Source: Leucoraja erinacea
Lineage: Eukaryota
Direction: 5' to 3'
Assembly (NCBI RefSeq): GCF_028641065.1
Contig: NW_026576938.1
Coordinates: forward strand, 1-64,000
Length of the DNA stretch: 64,000 bases
In this document: piece by piece, positions 39,601 through 50,022 of the stretch
Layout of the letters: the number at the start of each line of letters is the position of its first letter
Position numbering within the stretch: position 1 is the first letter of the stretch
The notes under the pieces: generated by a model
Seen by the model: only the letters and a program-made list of their open reading frames with translations
Databases searched by the model: none
What the model was told of the DNA's origin: nothing
Program-made: the position numbers and the translations under genes

Positions 39601-40697
39601 GCCTCCTCTTTCTATGCACCTATTGTCTATGTTTCTATGTCCCATCTGCGCTATTTCCACTTGTCCGCATTTGGCCAAGACAGTTTTAAAACTTATCTAT
39701 CCACAAATTTGTTTGAATATCTTTTAAATGTTGTTACGTTACCTGATTCAACTACCTCATCTGGCAGCTTGTTCCATGTCCCCACCACCAAAGTTGGCCT
39801 TCATGTTCGTTTTAAATATTTTCCCTCGCACCTAAAACCTATGCCCTCACATTCTCAACCCCCCTACTCAGAGTAGAAAATTTACCATCCAACGTATAAT
39901 TTTGTTTCATGATATTATACACCTGCCACAGACCATTCTTCAGATTGCTGTGCTCCTGGAAGTAAAATCATTGGCTGCTCAACCTCTCCCAACAGTTCTG
40001 GCCCTCAACTACTGAGCTCTATAGAGGTTCCAAATTATTGCACACTTCACAGGAATGAAATCTACACTAAAACATTAAATCGATAGTACAAAGCCTCACC
40101 TGAACTCCAGAAATGCTCTCTTTCTGTTCCTGCTCCGTTTTCTGGATCTCTGATTCCTTTTCTGTGAGAGATTCGAAAGAACATTCCACCTGTTCCTGGG
40201 GTTGGGGTTTCAGATCAGAGATTAAAAATGTCAGAGAATATAGAAACGATGAGACAATGATGTGATCAAAAGTTATCTGGTTTTACCTTGTAGAATTCAA
40301 TTGCTTCTTCTATCAGCATCAAGCTGTGAGACTTGTGTTCCTGCACAGTTGCACAATTCAAACAGATCAGGTTCTTGTCAGTTTCACAAAACAGCTTCAG
40401 TTCTTCCTGATGTTCCTCGCACTCAAGTTTGCTTTTCTTCGCTTTGGGATTCGGGCTCAGTGTTCGAGCTTTCTCAGACAGTCTAACCAAGGCCCGATTC
40501 ACCCTGAGGCTGCGCTCTGCGGATTCCTCTCTACATTCCGGGCAGGAGTTTCTCGCCTCCCTGTCCCAACTCCGTGTGATACAGGAGCGGCAGAAGTTGT
40601 GCCCACACTCCAGCGCCACCGGATCGGTGAAGAAATCCAGGCAGATGGGACAAACTGCCTCCTCGGTCCAACTCTCAACCTGGTCTTTCGCAGCCAT
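27560..40697 (-). CDS. TRIM-C, inverted TRIM paralog, 483 aa, with CR1-derived C-terminus (possibly impaired): complement join(40287-40697,40100-40195,30895-31128,30205-30227,29991-30109,27560-28128)
   Basis: Same exon sizes (411/96/234/23/119) and GT-AG sites as TRIM-B, with an open frame throughout. The SPRY exon is normal to ...SEKLYPFF, then reads into antisense CR1 until the stop at 27560. Confidence 0.87.
28141..28431 (-). mobile_element. Rex1/Babar-like 3' fragment inserted in the polypyrimidine tract of TRIM-C last intron
   Basis: Matches 9430-9740; flanked by (A)GAA. The uninterrupted tract is seen in TRIM-A and TRIM-B. Confidence 0.78.
31325..37824 (-). mobile_element. CR1 LINE fragment in TRIM-C intron 2, interrupted by the L1 insertion and a small insertion at ~36450-36650
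   Basis: CATAGAAA-type tail at 31325; RT motifs QHGF, LDFQKAFDKVPH, GVPQGSVLGP, FADDTK at 36650-37824. The empty site is visible in TRIM-B near 19065-19075. Confidence 0.85.
31484..36369 (-). mobile_element. L1-clade LINE with 5' inversion: 3' half on - (31484-~33850), inverted 5' part on + (~33851-36369)
   Basis: Poly(T) at 31483-31506. RT/C-terminal motifs on - (LDAEKAFD, RQGCALSPLLF, CDKC..H..C). APE endonuclease (SWNIRG, LQETH, GDFN, SRIDY, SDH) and RT start (KTPGPDGF..DQTGFIPK) on +. GGGCCACATCT duplicated at both ends; frameshifted. Confidence 0.92.
38009..39638 (+). mobile_element. CR1 LINE, 5'-truncated, in TRIM-C intron 2
   Basis: KSPGPDG, QHGF, FADDTK and [13 protein letters not shown] motifs; 3' TTTCTATG tail. 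Absent from the matching TRIM-B position. Confidence 0.88.
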
Positions 40698-40923
40698 TTT
40701 AACTCAAAATACTTCCCGCCACACGGAGTTGCTGAACCCCCTGCAGTGCCGAGAGCGCCCACTGCCGTTCTAGGCAATCGATGTTATTCGGTTGCAAGCG
40801 TTCAGTATGAAGGTATCCCGAGACCATGGAGCAGAAAGTGCTCCAAAGTGCTTTCCTGAATTAAAATAATGAAACTGCAGCCACTAATGGAAACAGAAAT
40901 GCAGGAGCAAATTTACAGACAGG

Positions 40924-41560
40924 AACATAGAAACATGGAAACATAGAAAATAGGTGCAGGAGTAGGCCATTCGGCCCTTCGAGCCTGCACCGCCATTCAA
41001 TATGATCATGGCTGATCATCCAACTCAGTATCCCATCCCTGCCTTCTCTCCATACCCCTTGATCACTTTAGCCACAAGGGCCATATCTAACTCCCTCTTA
41101 AATATAGCCAATGAACTGGCCTCAACTACCTTCTGTGGCAGAGAATTCCACAGATTCACCACTCTCTGTGTAAACAATGATTTTCTCATCTCGGTCCTAA
41201 AAGACTTCCCTCTTATCCTTAAACTGTGACCCCTAGTTCTGGACTTCCCCAACATCGGGAATAATCTTCCTGCATCTAGCCTGTCCAACCCCTTAAGAAT
41301 TGTGTAAGTTTCTATAAGATCCCCCTTCAATCTTCTAAATTCTAGCGTATACAACCCGATTCTATCCACTCTATCCACATATGAAAGTCCTGACATCCCA
41401 GAAATCAGTCTGGTGAACCTTCTCTGTACTCCCTCTATGGCAAGAATGTCTTTCCCCAGATTAGGAGACCAAAGCTGCACGCAATACTCCAGGTTTGGTC
41501 TCACCAAGACCCTGTACAACTGCAATAGAACCTCCCTGCACTTATACTCAAATCCTTTTC
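40924..41560 (-). mobile_element. CR1 3' fragment
   Basis: ORF 41025-41525 is a CR1 RT C-terminus; CATAGAAA tail. Confidence 0.85.
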
Positions 41561-43566
41561 ATTAACAAATAGATTTTAAAACCGAGCTCTAAAGTCCAAA
41601 CAGTTTGGGGTTTATTTCAAGAGTGTTTTATTGTGATATGTCCCGGACGGGACAATGACATTCTTACTTGCTGCAGCACAACAGAATATGTGAATATGTA
41701 AACATTCTACATAACGGGGAAACAATGGAAAAGTCCAATAAATAACAAATACCGTGCAAATAACAAATAGCAATTTAGTATTTTGCAGTTCATAGCTCAG
41801 AGTTTATCTGTTGTTGTACATGAAGCATCAAGGCACGTCATTCGAATAAACACAATATCTCTAATAGATTATTGTAAATTATGAAACAGTTTGGGGCTTA
41901 TTTCATTTACATACTTGAAGCACCAAGGCACGTAATTCGAATAAATACAATAAATAAATACAATAAATAGATAGATTATTGTAAATGATGATGATTATAT
42001 TATATTGACACATATACCTGGAAACAGTGAAATTCTTTGTTGCATCCAATTTAAACAAAAGAGTCGCCACAAAGACGCCAGTAAGGTTTCGGTTTGGGGT
42101 ACCGAAGCAGAGTGGAAAGCGTTGCTTCGCGTGATATCCAAACAGATCACGTAATACTAAGCATAAGAAACAATCACCCAAGTGCAATAGGTCGAATTCT
42201 CTGCCTCAGAGGGCGGTAGAGGCCGGTTCTCTGGATGCTTTCAAGAGAGAGCTAGATAGGGCTCTTGAAGAAAGGGATATGGGGAGAAGGCAGGGACAGG
42301 GTACTGATTGTGGATGATCAGCCATGATCACATTGAATGGCGGTGCTGGCTCGAAGGGCCGAATGGCCTACTCCTGCACTGCACCTATTGCCTATTGCCT
42401 ATTGTATATTGTAGAGAGAAGGATAAACTATGAATGTGTTCTATTTAACAAGATAATATATCAATGGGGTCTGAAGAAGGGTCTCGACCCGAAACGACAA
42501 CCATTCCTTCTTTCCAGCGATGCCTGTCCGGCTGAGTTACTCAAGCATTTTGTGTCTAATTCCAGACTTGAATAATCGCTTGTGCATTCTCCAGAGTTGC
42601 CGCCTGATCCGTGGAGTTACTGCAGCACGTTGTGTTCCTTTTTTGATTTTTTTTTTTAGAGCGAAGAGAAAAAGGAATGACCTGGGTTATTATGATGTTG
42701 TTGGCTGCTTTCCAGAGGCAGTTTGACTAGATGGAGTCAATGGTAGGGAGTCTAGTCAGGTCCGTGCCTGGAATGGGCTGCGTTCACAGGTTGAACCCGA
42801 AATTAAACGGTATCTTCTGCAAATTGATTTGATAACAGATATTCAGGGAGGGGAGAGGGAATAGTGCTGGAATATTCCGCAATTGATCTATTTTCTGCGG
42901 GTTTCGGTACACGCAAGGTTCGAGTTCCAGCCGAATCCGTCATCCACGCTCTCCAAAGATTCCGCCTGACCAACTGACCTCACTCCAGCACTTGTTTAAG
43001 AAGGAACTGCAGATGCTGGAAAAATCGAAGGTAGACAAAAATGCTGGAGAAACTCATCGGGTGAGGCAGCATCTATGGAGCGAAGGACGTAGGTGACGTT
43101 TCGGGTCGAGTCTGAAGAAGGGTCTCGACCCGAAATGTCACCTATTTCCTTCGCTCCATAGATGCTGCCTCACCCGCTGAGTTTTCCAGCATTTTCGTCT
43201 CCCTTTACTCCAGCATTCTTCTTGTTTTTTTATAGCAGCGTCAGCAATTCCTTGTTGTAGTGATGCTGATCACGGTCGCCCACCCCTTTCTACCTCTCCC
43301 CACTCCCCTTTCTACACCCCCTCCCTACTCGCCTTTCTACCCCCCCCCCTTTCAACTACACCCTCCCCACACACCCCTTTCTACCCACCCACCACCCTCC
43401 ATCCCTCACCTCTCTTTCCTTCCTAGCCACTCCCCTCCCCACTCCCCTCATCCCCTCTTTCTTCCTCTCTACCTCCTCTCTCTTCCTTCCCCCTCTCTCT
43501 TCCTCTTCTCCCCACCCTTTACCTTCCTTCCTCCCCTCCCTCCTCTCTTCGCCTTCTCCACCCATC

Positions 43567-44190
43567 TAATGGAATGTTGGCCTTCATAACGGGAGATTCT
43601 TCTGCACATACAGGGCTCTGGTGAGACCACATCTGGAGTATTGGGTACAGTTTTGGTCTCCTAATTTGAGGAAGGACGTCCTTGTGATTGAGGCAGTGCA
43701 GCGTAGGTTCGCGAGATTGATCCCTGGGATGGCGGAACTGTCATATCAGGAAAGATTGAAAAGACTAGGCTTGTATTCGCTGGAGTTTAGAAGGATGATC
43801 GGAGGATCTTATAGAAACATATAAAATTATAAAAGGACTGGACAAGCTTGATGCAGGAAAAATGTTCCCAATGTTGGGCGAGTCCAGAACCAGTGGCCAC
43901 AGTCTTAGAATAAAGAGAAGGCCATTTAAGACTGAGGTGAGAAAAAACGTTTTCACCCAGAGAGTTGTGAATTTGTGGAATTCCCTGCCACAGAGGGTAG
44001 TGGAGGCCAAGTCACTGGATGGATTTAAGAGAGAGTTAGATAGAGCTCTAGGGGCTGGTGGAATCAAGGGATATGGGAAAAGGCAGGCACGGGTTATTGA
44101 TAGGGGACGATCAGCCATGGTCACAATGAATGGCGGTGCTGGCTCGAAGGGCCGAATGGCCTCCTCCTGCATCTATTTTCTTTGTTTCTT
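43567..44190 (+). mobile_element. CR1 3' fragment
   Basis: RPHLEYWVQFWSP...[13 protein letters not shown] followed by the CR1 3' UTR. Confidence 0.85.
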
Positions 44191-44343
44191 TCACTTCGTC
44201 CTCACCCCCTCTCCTCCCCCCACCCACTCTCTCTCTCTCTCTTCGTCCTTCCCTACCCCTTAGATGACAGACACACTTCCCACTTCATCCCCTCGCCCCA
44301 CGAAATCCTCTCTCGCCATCACCCCCCTCCCCGGCGTCTCGCC

Positions 44344-44500
44344 GCCCGCCCATTGGCCGTCGCCTCGACAACTTTCCGCCAATAGCCGGCCCCTAGCCCG
44401 CCCATTGGCCGTCGCCTCGACAAATTTCCACCAATCACCGCCCCCCTGGCGCGCTGATTAGACGGCGGCCGGGGACGTCACAATCACCTACGTCACCGCC
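44344..44500 (+). promoter_or_regulatory. GC-rich promoter of hsp70 copy 1: four CCAAT/ATTGG boxes in a duplicated 40-bp unit, plus CRE-like sites
   Basis: 44344-44383 and 44396-44435 are direct repeats. GGACGTCA at 44473-44480 and a TACGTCA half-site near 44489-44495. No TATA or intact HSE seen. Confidence 0.6.
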
Positions 44501-44613
44501 CTGGCCCACAGGTAAAGGTGTGCGGCCGCACTTGGGTCAAGAGAGGCCAAGGGTTGACTTTGCAGGGTTGTTTGTCACCGATGCTACCGAGTGAATGCAA
44601 TTGAGAGACGGAG

Positions 44614-46536
44614 ATGCCAGGATCCAANNNNNNNNNNNNNNNNNNNNNNNNNNNNNNNNNNNNNNNNNNNNNNNNNNNNNNNNNNNNNNNNNNNNNNNNN
44701 NNNNNNNNNNNNNNNNNNNNNNNNNNNNNNNNNNNNNNNNNNNNNNNNNNNNNNNNNNNNNNNAGGCTCATCGGCGAAGCTGCCAAGAACCAGGTGGCCA
44801 TGAACACGGAGAACACCGTCTTCGACGCCAAGAGGCTCATCGGGAGGAGGTTCGACGACCCCGTGGTCCAGTCCGACATGAAGCATTGGCCCTTCCAGGT
44901 GGTGAGCGACGCTGGGAAGCCCAAGGTGAAGGTGGAGTACAAGGGGGAGAATAAAACCTTCTACCCGGAGGAGATCTCCTCCATGGTGCTGACCAAGATG
45001 AAGGAGGTGGCAGAGGCTTACCTGGGCACCAGTGTCACCAATGCTGTTGTCACCGTGCCCGCTTACTTCAATGACTCCCAGCGGCAGGCAACCAAAGATG
45101 CCGGTGCGATCGCTGGTCTCAATGTCTTGCGCATCATCAACGAACCAACTGCAGCTGCAATTGCCTACGGGCTGGACGCGAAGGGCAGAGAAGAGCGCAA
45201 TGTCCTCATCTTTGACCTGGGTGGCGGCACCTTCGACGTGTCCATCCTCGCCATCGAGGACGGTGTCTTTGAAGTGAAGTCCACCGCCGGCGACACCCAC
45301 CTGGGTGGAGAGGACTTTGACAATCGCCTGGTCAACCATTTCATTGAGGAGTTCAAACGCAAAAACAAGAAGGACATTAGCCAGAACAAGAGGGCGGTGA
45401 GGAGGCTGCGGACAGCCTGCGAGGCAGCGAAGAGAACCTTGTCTTCCAGCACCCAAGCTAACGTTGAGATCGACTCTCTGTTTGAGGGCATCGACTTGTA
45501 CACCTCAATCACCAGGGCTCGGTTTGAAGAACTGAACTCCAATCTGCTCCGAGGCACGCTGGATCCAGTAGAGAATGCACTGAGAGATGCCAAGATGCAA
45601 AAATCACAGATCCATGAGATTGTCCTGGTCGGCGGCTCCACCCGCATCCCCAAGATCCAGAAGCTGCTGCAAGATTTCTTCAACGGCAAGGAGCTGAACA
45701 AGAGCATCAACCCTGACGAGGCGGTGGCCTACGGGGCGGCTGTCCAAGCGGCCATTCTGATGGGGGACGAGTCGGAGAACGTCCAGGATCTGCTGCTCCT
45801 GGACGTTGCTGCTCTGTCCATGGGTCTGGAGACGGCGGGCGGTGTCATGACCACCATCATCAAGAGGAACACCACCATTCCCACCAAGCAGACCCAGATC
45901 TTCAGCACCTACTCCCACAACCAGTCGAGTGTCCTGATTCAGGTGTACGAGGGCGAGAGGGCCATGACCAAGGACAACAACCACCTGGGCAAGTTTGACT
46001 TGAGCGGCATCCCACCTGCCCCTCGGGGAGTGCCCCAGATCGAGGTGACCTTCGACATCGACGCCAACGGCATCCTCAACGTGTCTGCTGTCGACAGGAG
46101 CACTGGCCGGAGAAACAAGATCACCATCACCAACGACAAGGGCCGGCTGAGCAAGTCGGAGATCGACCGAATGGTGCAAGATGCAGAGAAGTACCAGAAC
46201 GAGGATGAAATACAGAAGCAAAGGGTCGCGGCCAAGAACTCCCTGGAGTCCTACGCCTACAACATGAAGAGCACGGTGGAGGATGAGAATTTGAGGACTA
46301 AGATCAGCGCGGACGACAAGAGGAAGGTGGTTGACCTGTGTGACCAGACGATATCATGGCTGGAGAAGAACCAGACTGCGGAGAAGGGGGAATTCGAGCG
46401 CAAGCAGAAGGACCTGGAGAAAATCTGTCATCCCATCGTCGCCAAACTGTACCGAGGAGCGGCCCCTGGTCAATCATCTGGTCCCCACGTTGGGAGTGAC
46501 GCTTCCTCGGGACCGACCATTGAGGAGGTGGATTAA
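44614..46536 (+). CDS. hsp70: Heat shock protein 70, copy 1 (divergent; 136 N at 44628-44763), 640 aa
   Basis: Uninterrupted ORF with [29 protein letters not shown] and terminal GPTIEEVD. The N run equals the length of the matching segment in copy 2, so the frame is kept. Confidence 0.93.
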   Translation: MPGSXXXXXXXXXXXXXXXXXXXXXXXXXXXXXXXXXXXXXXXXXXXXXXRLIGEAAKNQVAMNTENTVFDAKRLIGRRFDDPVVQSDMKHWPFQVVSDAGKPKVKVEYKGENKTFYPEEISSMVLTKMKEVAEAYLGTSVTNAVVTVPAYFNDSQRQATKDAGAIAGLNVLRIINEPTAAAIAYGLDAKGREERNVLIFDLGGGTFDVSILAIEDGVFEVKSTAGDTHLGGEDFDNRLVNHFIEEFKRKNKKDISQNKRAVRRLRTACEAAKRTLSSSTQANVEIDSLFEGIDLYTSITRARFEELNSNLLRGTLDPVENALRDAKMQKSQIHEIVLVGGSTRIPKIQKLLQDFFNGKELNKSINPDEAVAYGAAVQAAILMGDESENVQDLLLLDVAALSMGLETAGGVMTTIIKRNTTIPTKQTQIFSTYSHNQSSVLIQVYEGERAMTKDNNHLGKFDLSGIPPAPRGVPQIEVTFDIDANGILNVSAVDRSTGRRNKITITNDKGRLSKSEIDRMVQDAEKYQNEDEIQKQRVAAKNSLESYAYNMKSTVEDENLRTKISADDKRKVVDLCDQTISWLEKNQTAEKGEFERKQKDLEKICHPIVAKLYRGAAPGQSSGPHVGSDASSGPTIEEVD

Positions 46537-46537
46537 G

Positions 46538-46990
46538 AGTGTGTGTGTGACCACCCACCCTGTGTGTGTGTGTGTGTCGTGTGTGTGTGTGTGTGTGTTG
46601 TGTGTGTGTGTGTGTGTCGTGTGTGACTGTGTGTAAGGGCAACCAAATGGTCTATCGTAAATGTGTGTGTCTGTGCTGCCCCGTGTTTAGGAGCGGTNNN
46701 NNNNNNNNNNNNNNNNNNNNNNNNNNNNNNNNNNNNNNNNNNNNNNNNNNNNNNNNNNNNNNNNNNNNNNNNNNNNNNNNNNNNNNNNNNNNNNNNNNNN
46801 NNNNNNNNNNNNNNNNNNNNNNNNNNNNNNNNNNNNNNNNNNNNNNNNNNNNNNNNNNNNNNNNNNNNNNNNNNNNNNNNNNNNNNNNNNNNNNNNNNNN
46901 NNNNNNNNNNNNNNNNNNNNNNNNNNNNNNNNNNNNNNNNNTGTCTGTGTGCATCTGTGTGCATCTGTGTGCGTGTGCGTGTGCGTATGC
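46538..46990. repeat. (TG)n-rich microsatellite region directly after the hsp70 copy 1 stop, containing an N run (46698-46941)
   Basis: Seen directly. Confidence 0.9.
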
Positions 46991-48368
46991 GAATGTATAC
47001 ACTGCAAACTGAGAACTGGTAACGTGCACTGTTGTTTATGACTACCTTCAGCTGGCTCAGTAGATCTTGTCTGAGCTTGTCTGAACTTTTAGGTTTGCAC
47101 ATAGGGACATATTTCATTCGGAAGTGCACAAGTAGCGAGGAATTTCCTTTGCTCCCCTGAACCACATTGATCTTCATAAATGACGATGGCTTCAAAACAT
47201 AGATACAGCAAAGGTGCATGGTGTACAGTATATTGTATTTCCATCTCACCTTGACTGTCCATCTTACTAAGAAATATATTTTGAAATGTTTTCCACTGAA
47301 GTACTTGAAACATGAATACCACTCAACTATTTTATTAAAGTGTATATTGGTGGTTTTGCTAACTTTGGAATAAACCTTTCAAATTTGTTCTTTGACCGCA
47401 GTGGTCTCTTGCCCAGAGTCAGGGAATCGAGGACCTGAGGACGTAGGTTTACGGTGAGGAGGAAAAGATTTAATACGAACCCGAGCGGTAACCTTTTCAC
47501 ACAAAGGGTGGTGGGTGTATGGAACGAGCTGCCGAAGGAGGTAGTTGAGGCTGGGACTATTGCAAATCTGAAATTGAAACATTTTAGAAACATTTGGCCA
47601 GGTAGATGGATAGGACAGGTATAGAATGATACGGGCCAAGTGCAAGCAGGTGGGATTAGTGTAGATGGGACATGTTGGCTGGTGTGGGCATATTGGGCCG
47701 AAAGGCCTGTTTCCACATCGTATAATTCTATCAGCATGTTCCCTTGATGCTAGCGAAATTCATTTCTCATTTATTTATTTATGGTCCAAGTACGATGGAA
47801 ATGGAATTTTTGAAGTTTAATCTCGAAAAAACAATGCGCTTTTCAACCAGAAAATACACGATCTATGAATTGTATCCAATTAGTAAAAAAGAACAGGAAA
47901 TTCAAAGTAATTTTCCATAGGAAAAAAACATCAATTTTGCTTCTAGCTCTTCTAGCTTTTTTTCTTCCCCAACCATGCAATCACCCTGAAGAAGGGGCCC
48001 CAACCCGAAACGTCGCCTGTGTATGTTTTCCGGGGTGCTGCCTGACCCTCTGAGTTACTCCAGCACTTTGTGTTCTTCCTTGGAAAACCACCTGTAGTTC
48101 ATTGTTTTTCCCGTTTCTTGCTTGCTGTGGTAATCATCACTGCTTTCCGAAATGCCTAACAGTACTGTTAAACTAATTGCACGTGTACAGCTGTGCCTAT
48201 TGAGCAAGCCTACAAGTACTATTTACCCACCACTGCCCTTCTGTTCTATCATTTGAACTCCTTTGCTCAACATATTTGGAACTGACTATCTGTAATAAAC
48301 TCATTAACATTTAGTTTTATGGCTGACAAAGGTCACATGCTTAAAATGTGTCAGTCTGGAATGTGTCA

Positions 48369-48735
48369 CCATATAACCATATAACAATTACAGCACGGAA
48401 ACAGGCCATCTCGGCCCTACAAGTCCGTGCCGAACAACGTTTTTCCCCTTAGTCCCACCTGCGTGCACTCATACCATAACCCTCCATTCCCTTCTCATCC
48501 ATATGCCTATCCAATTTATTTTTTAAATGATACCAATGAACCTGCCTCCACCACTTCCACTGGAAGCTCATTCCACACCGCTACCACTCTCTGAGTAAAG
48601 AAGTTCCCCCTCATATTACCCCTAAACGTCTGTCCCTTAATTCTGAAGTCATGTCCTCTTGTTTGAATCTTCCCTATTCTCAAAGGGAAAAGCTTGTCCA
48701 CATCAAGTCTGTCTATCCCTCTCATCATTTTAAAA
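48369..48735 (-). mobile_element. CR1 3' fragment (same subfamily as 25620-27389)
   Basis: CATATAAC tail and FFTQRVVAVWNELP. Absent from the homologous spacers near 53455 and 60115. Confidence 0.85.
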
Positions 48736-48819
48736 AACATTCTTGGTGAAGTTGGCACAATTCTCTCTGACTGCTTTCGGAACGCCTTTGGAGATGAAGA
48801 ACCTAGATGTTCCCTTTTT

Positions 48820-49130
48820 TTTGTATCAAAAAAAATATTTATTTATATTCCAACATGATGCAAAACAACAACAAAAACACAAAACCGTGGTGGCACACCA
48901 ACCACCATATTACAGAATCACCAAACTATTCAGATATTAAATTACAAACAACTATGTTACAAATAACATCACCCTCTCCAATACCTCACGGGCGCGGACG
49001 TAACCCCGGGAAAGGGGCACGCATCCAGGCTCGGGCAAAGCCCTCTTCCACCTGCCGCCGTGAATCGCAGATGGCCAGCTTGGCCAGGCCTAGGATCAGC
49101 CCAACCAGTACATCTTCGGCCCTGCTCACT
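48820..49130 (-). mobile_element. Tx1/L1-like ORF2 C-terminal fragment (copies at ~53540-53850 and ~60200-60510)
   Basis: DVLVGLILGLAKLAI..SRR motif followed by a 3' UTR and a poly(A)-like end. Confidence 0.6.
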
Positions 49131-49342
49131 CCCTAGATCCCGTCATCAGTCCTTCGGTCACTGACAGCAGAGCCACTCCTCCCCCTACGGAGCCCTGGGT
49201 CAAGTGGCGGTCACTGCTGTCAGTGCCACTCCGGACCCTGTCAACAAAGTCCTTGCCGTCCGGACCCTGGCTCCTACTGGTCCCCCGACGTTCCCCTTGG
49301 TTGCTTCCCCCAGAGTGTCTGGGGAGTCTTCGACACCCCCCC

Positions 49343-49391
<49 letters not shown>

Positions 49392-49430
49392 ACACATACC
49401 CACCACCACCACCAGCCGCGCCCACACAAC

Positions 49431-49831
49431 AACTTTCCAGCACTTTCTGGCCACTCTCCTGAACTTTCTGCCACTTTCCCGAACTTTACAGAACTTTCTC
49501 GCTCAATCTAAAGCCGCCGCCCCCAGCAGCTTCCTGCATTCGCCGATGAGATCACCGACACGCCCTCCCATTGGCCAAGGTTGCCATCGATCAAAGCGTG
49601 GGCGGGTCTTGTGCGGGTCCAACCCCCGCCATTGGCTGGTGGGCTGGGAGTCTCACCTCATTGGCCAGTAGACTGGGCCAATCTGCGCCCCCGGCGGCGC
49701 CCGTCTCCCCTGCGATTGGTCACTTGCTTCAGAACGTTCTCCAACGTTCTGGCGGTGACTCACCGGCGCCTCCTCCCATTGGTCGAGCCCAACGCAGCAC
49801 CGCCCACATCTGGGCCGCTCAAGGTATATAA
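49431..49831 (+). promoter_or_regulatory. hsp70 copy 2 promoter: distal HSE array, CCAAT boxes, proximal HSE, AP-1 site, TATA
   Basis: TTCnnGAA-type array at 49431-49500; aGAAcgTTCtcCAAcgTTCt at 49731-49750; TGACTCA at 49756-49762; TATATAA at 49825-49831; purine-rich leader follows. Confidence 0.85.
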
Positions 49832-50022
49832 GGAGCTGGTGGTTGGTTGTTCGAGCAACTTGCAGCGGGACAGAGAGAGAAAGAAGGAAAGAACTATCGG
49901 AAAGAAAGCAGAAGTTAAAGAAGGAAGAGAAGTAGAAGGAAGAGAAGAAGTGGAAAGAGGAAAAAAACAACGACTGCGACTGAAGACAGGAATCTGAAGA
50001 CAAACTTTGTCGAGAACCAGAG

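Noticed and set aside
43260-43589. Proline-rich ORF
   Set aside because: Low-complexity polypyrimidine tract with no domain.
44512-44565. 5'-UTR intron in hsp70 copy 1 (CAG|GTAAAG...TTGACTTTGCAG|G)
   Set aside because: The signals look plausible and would parallel HSPA1L, but 54 nt is below the usual vertebrate minimum. Not called without cDNA.
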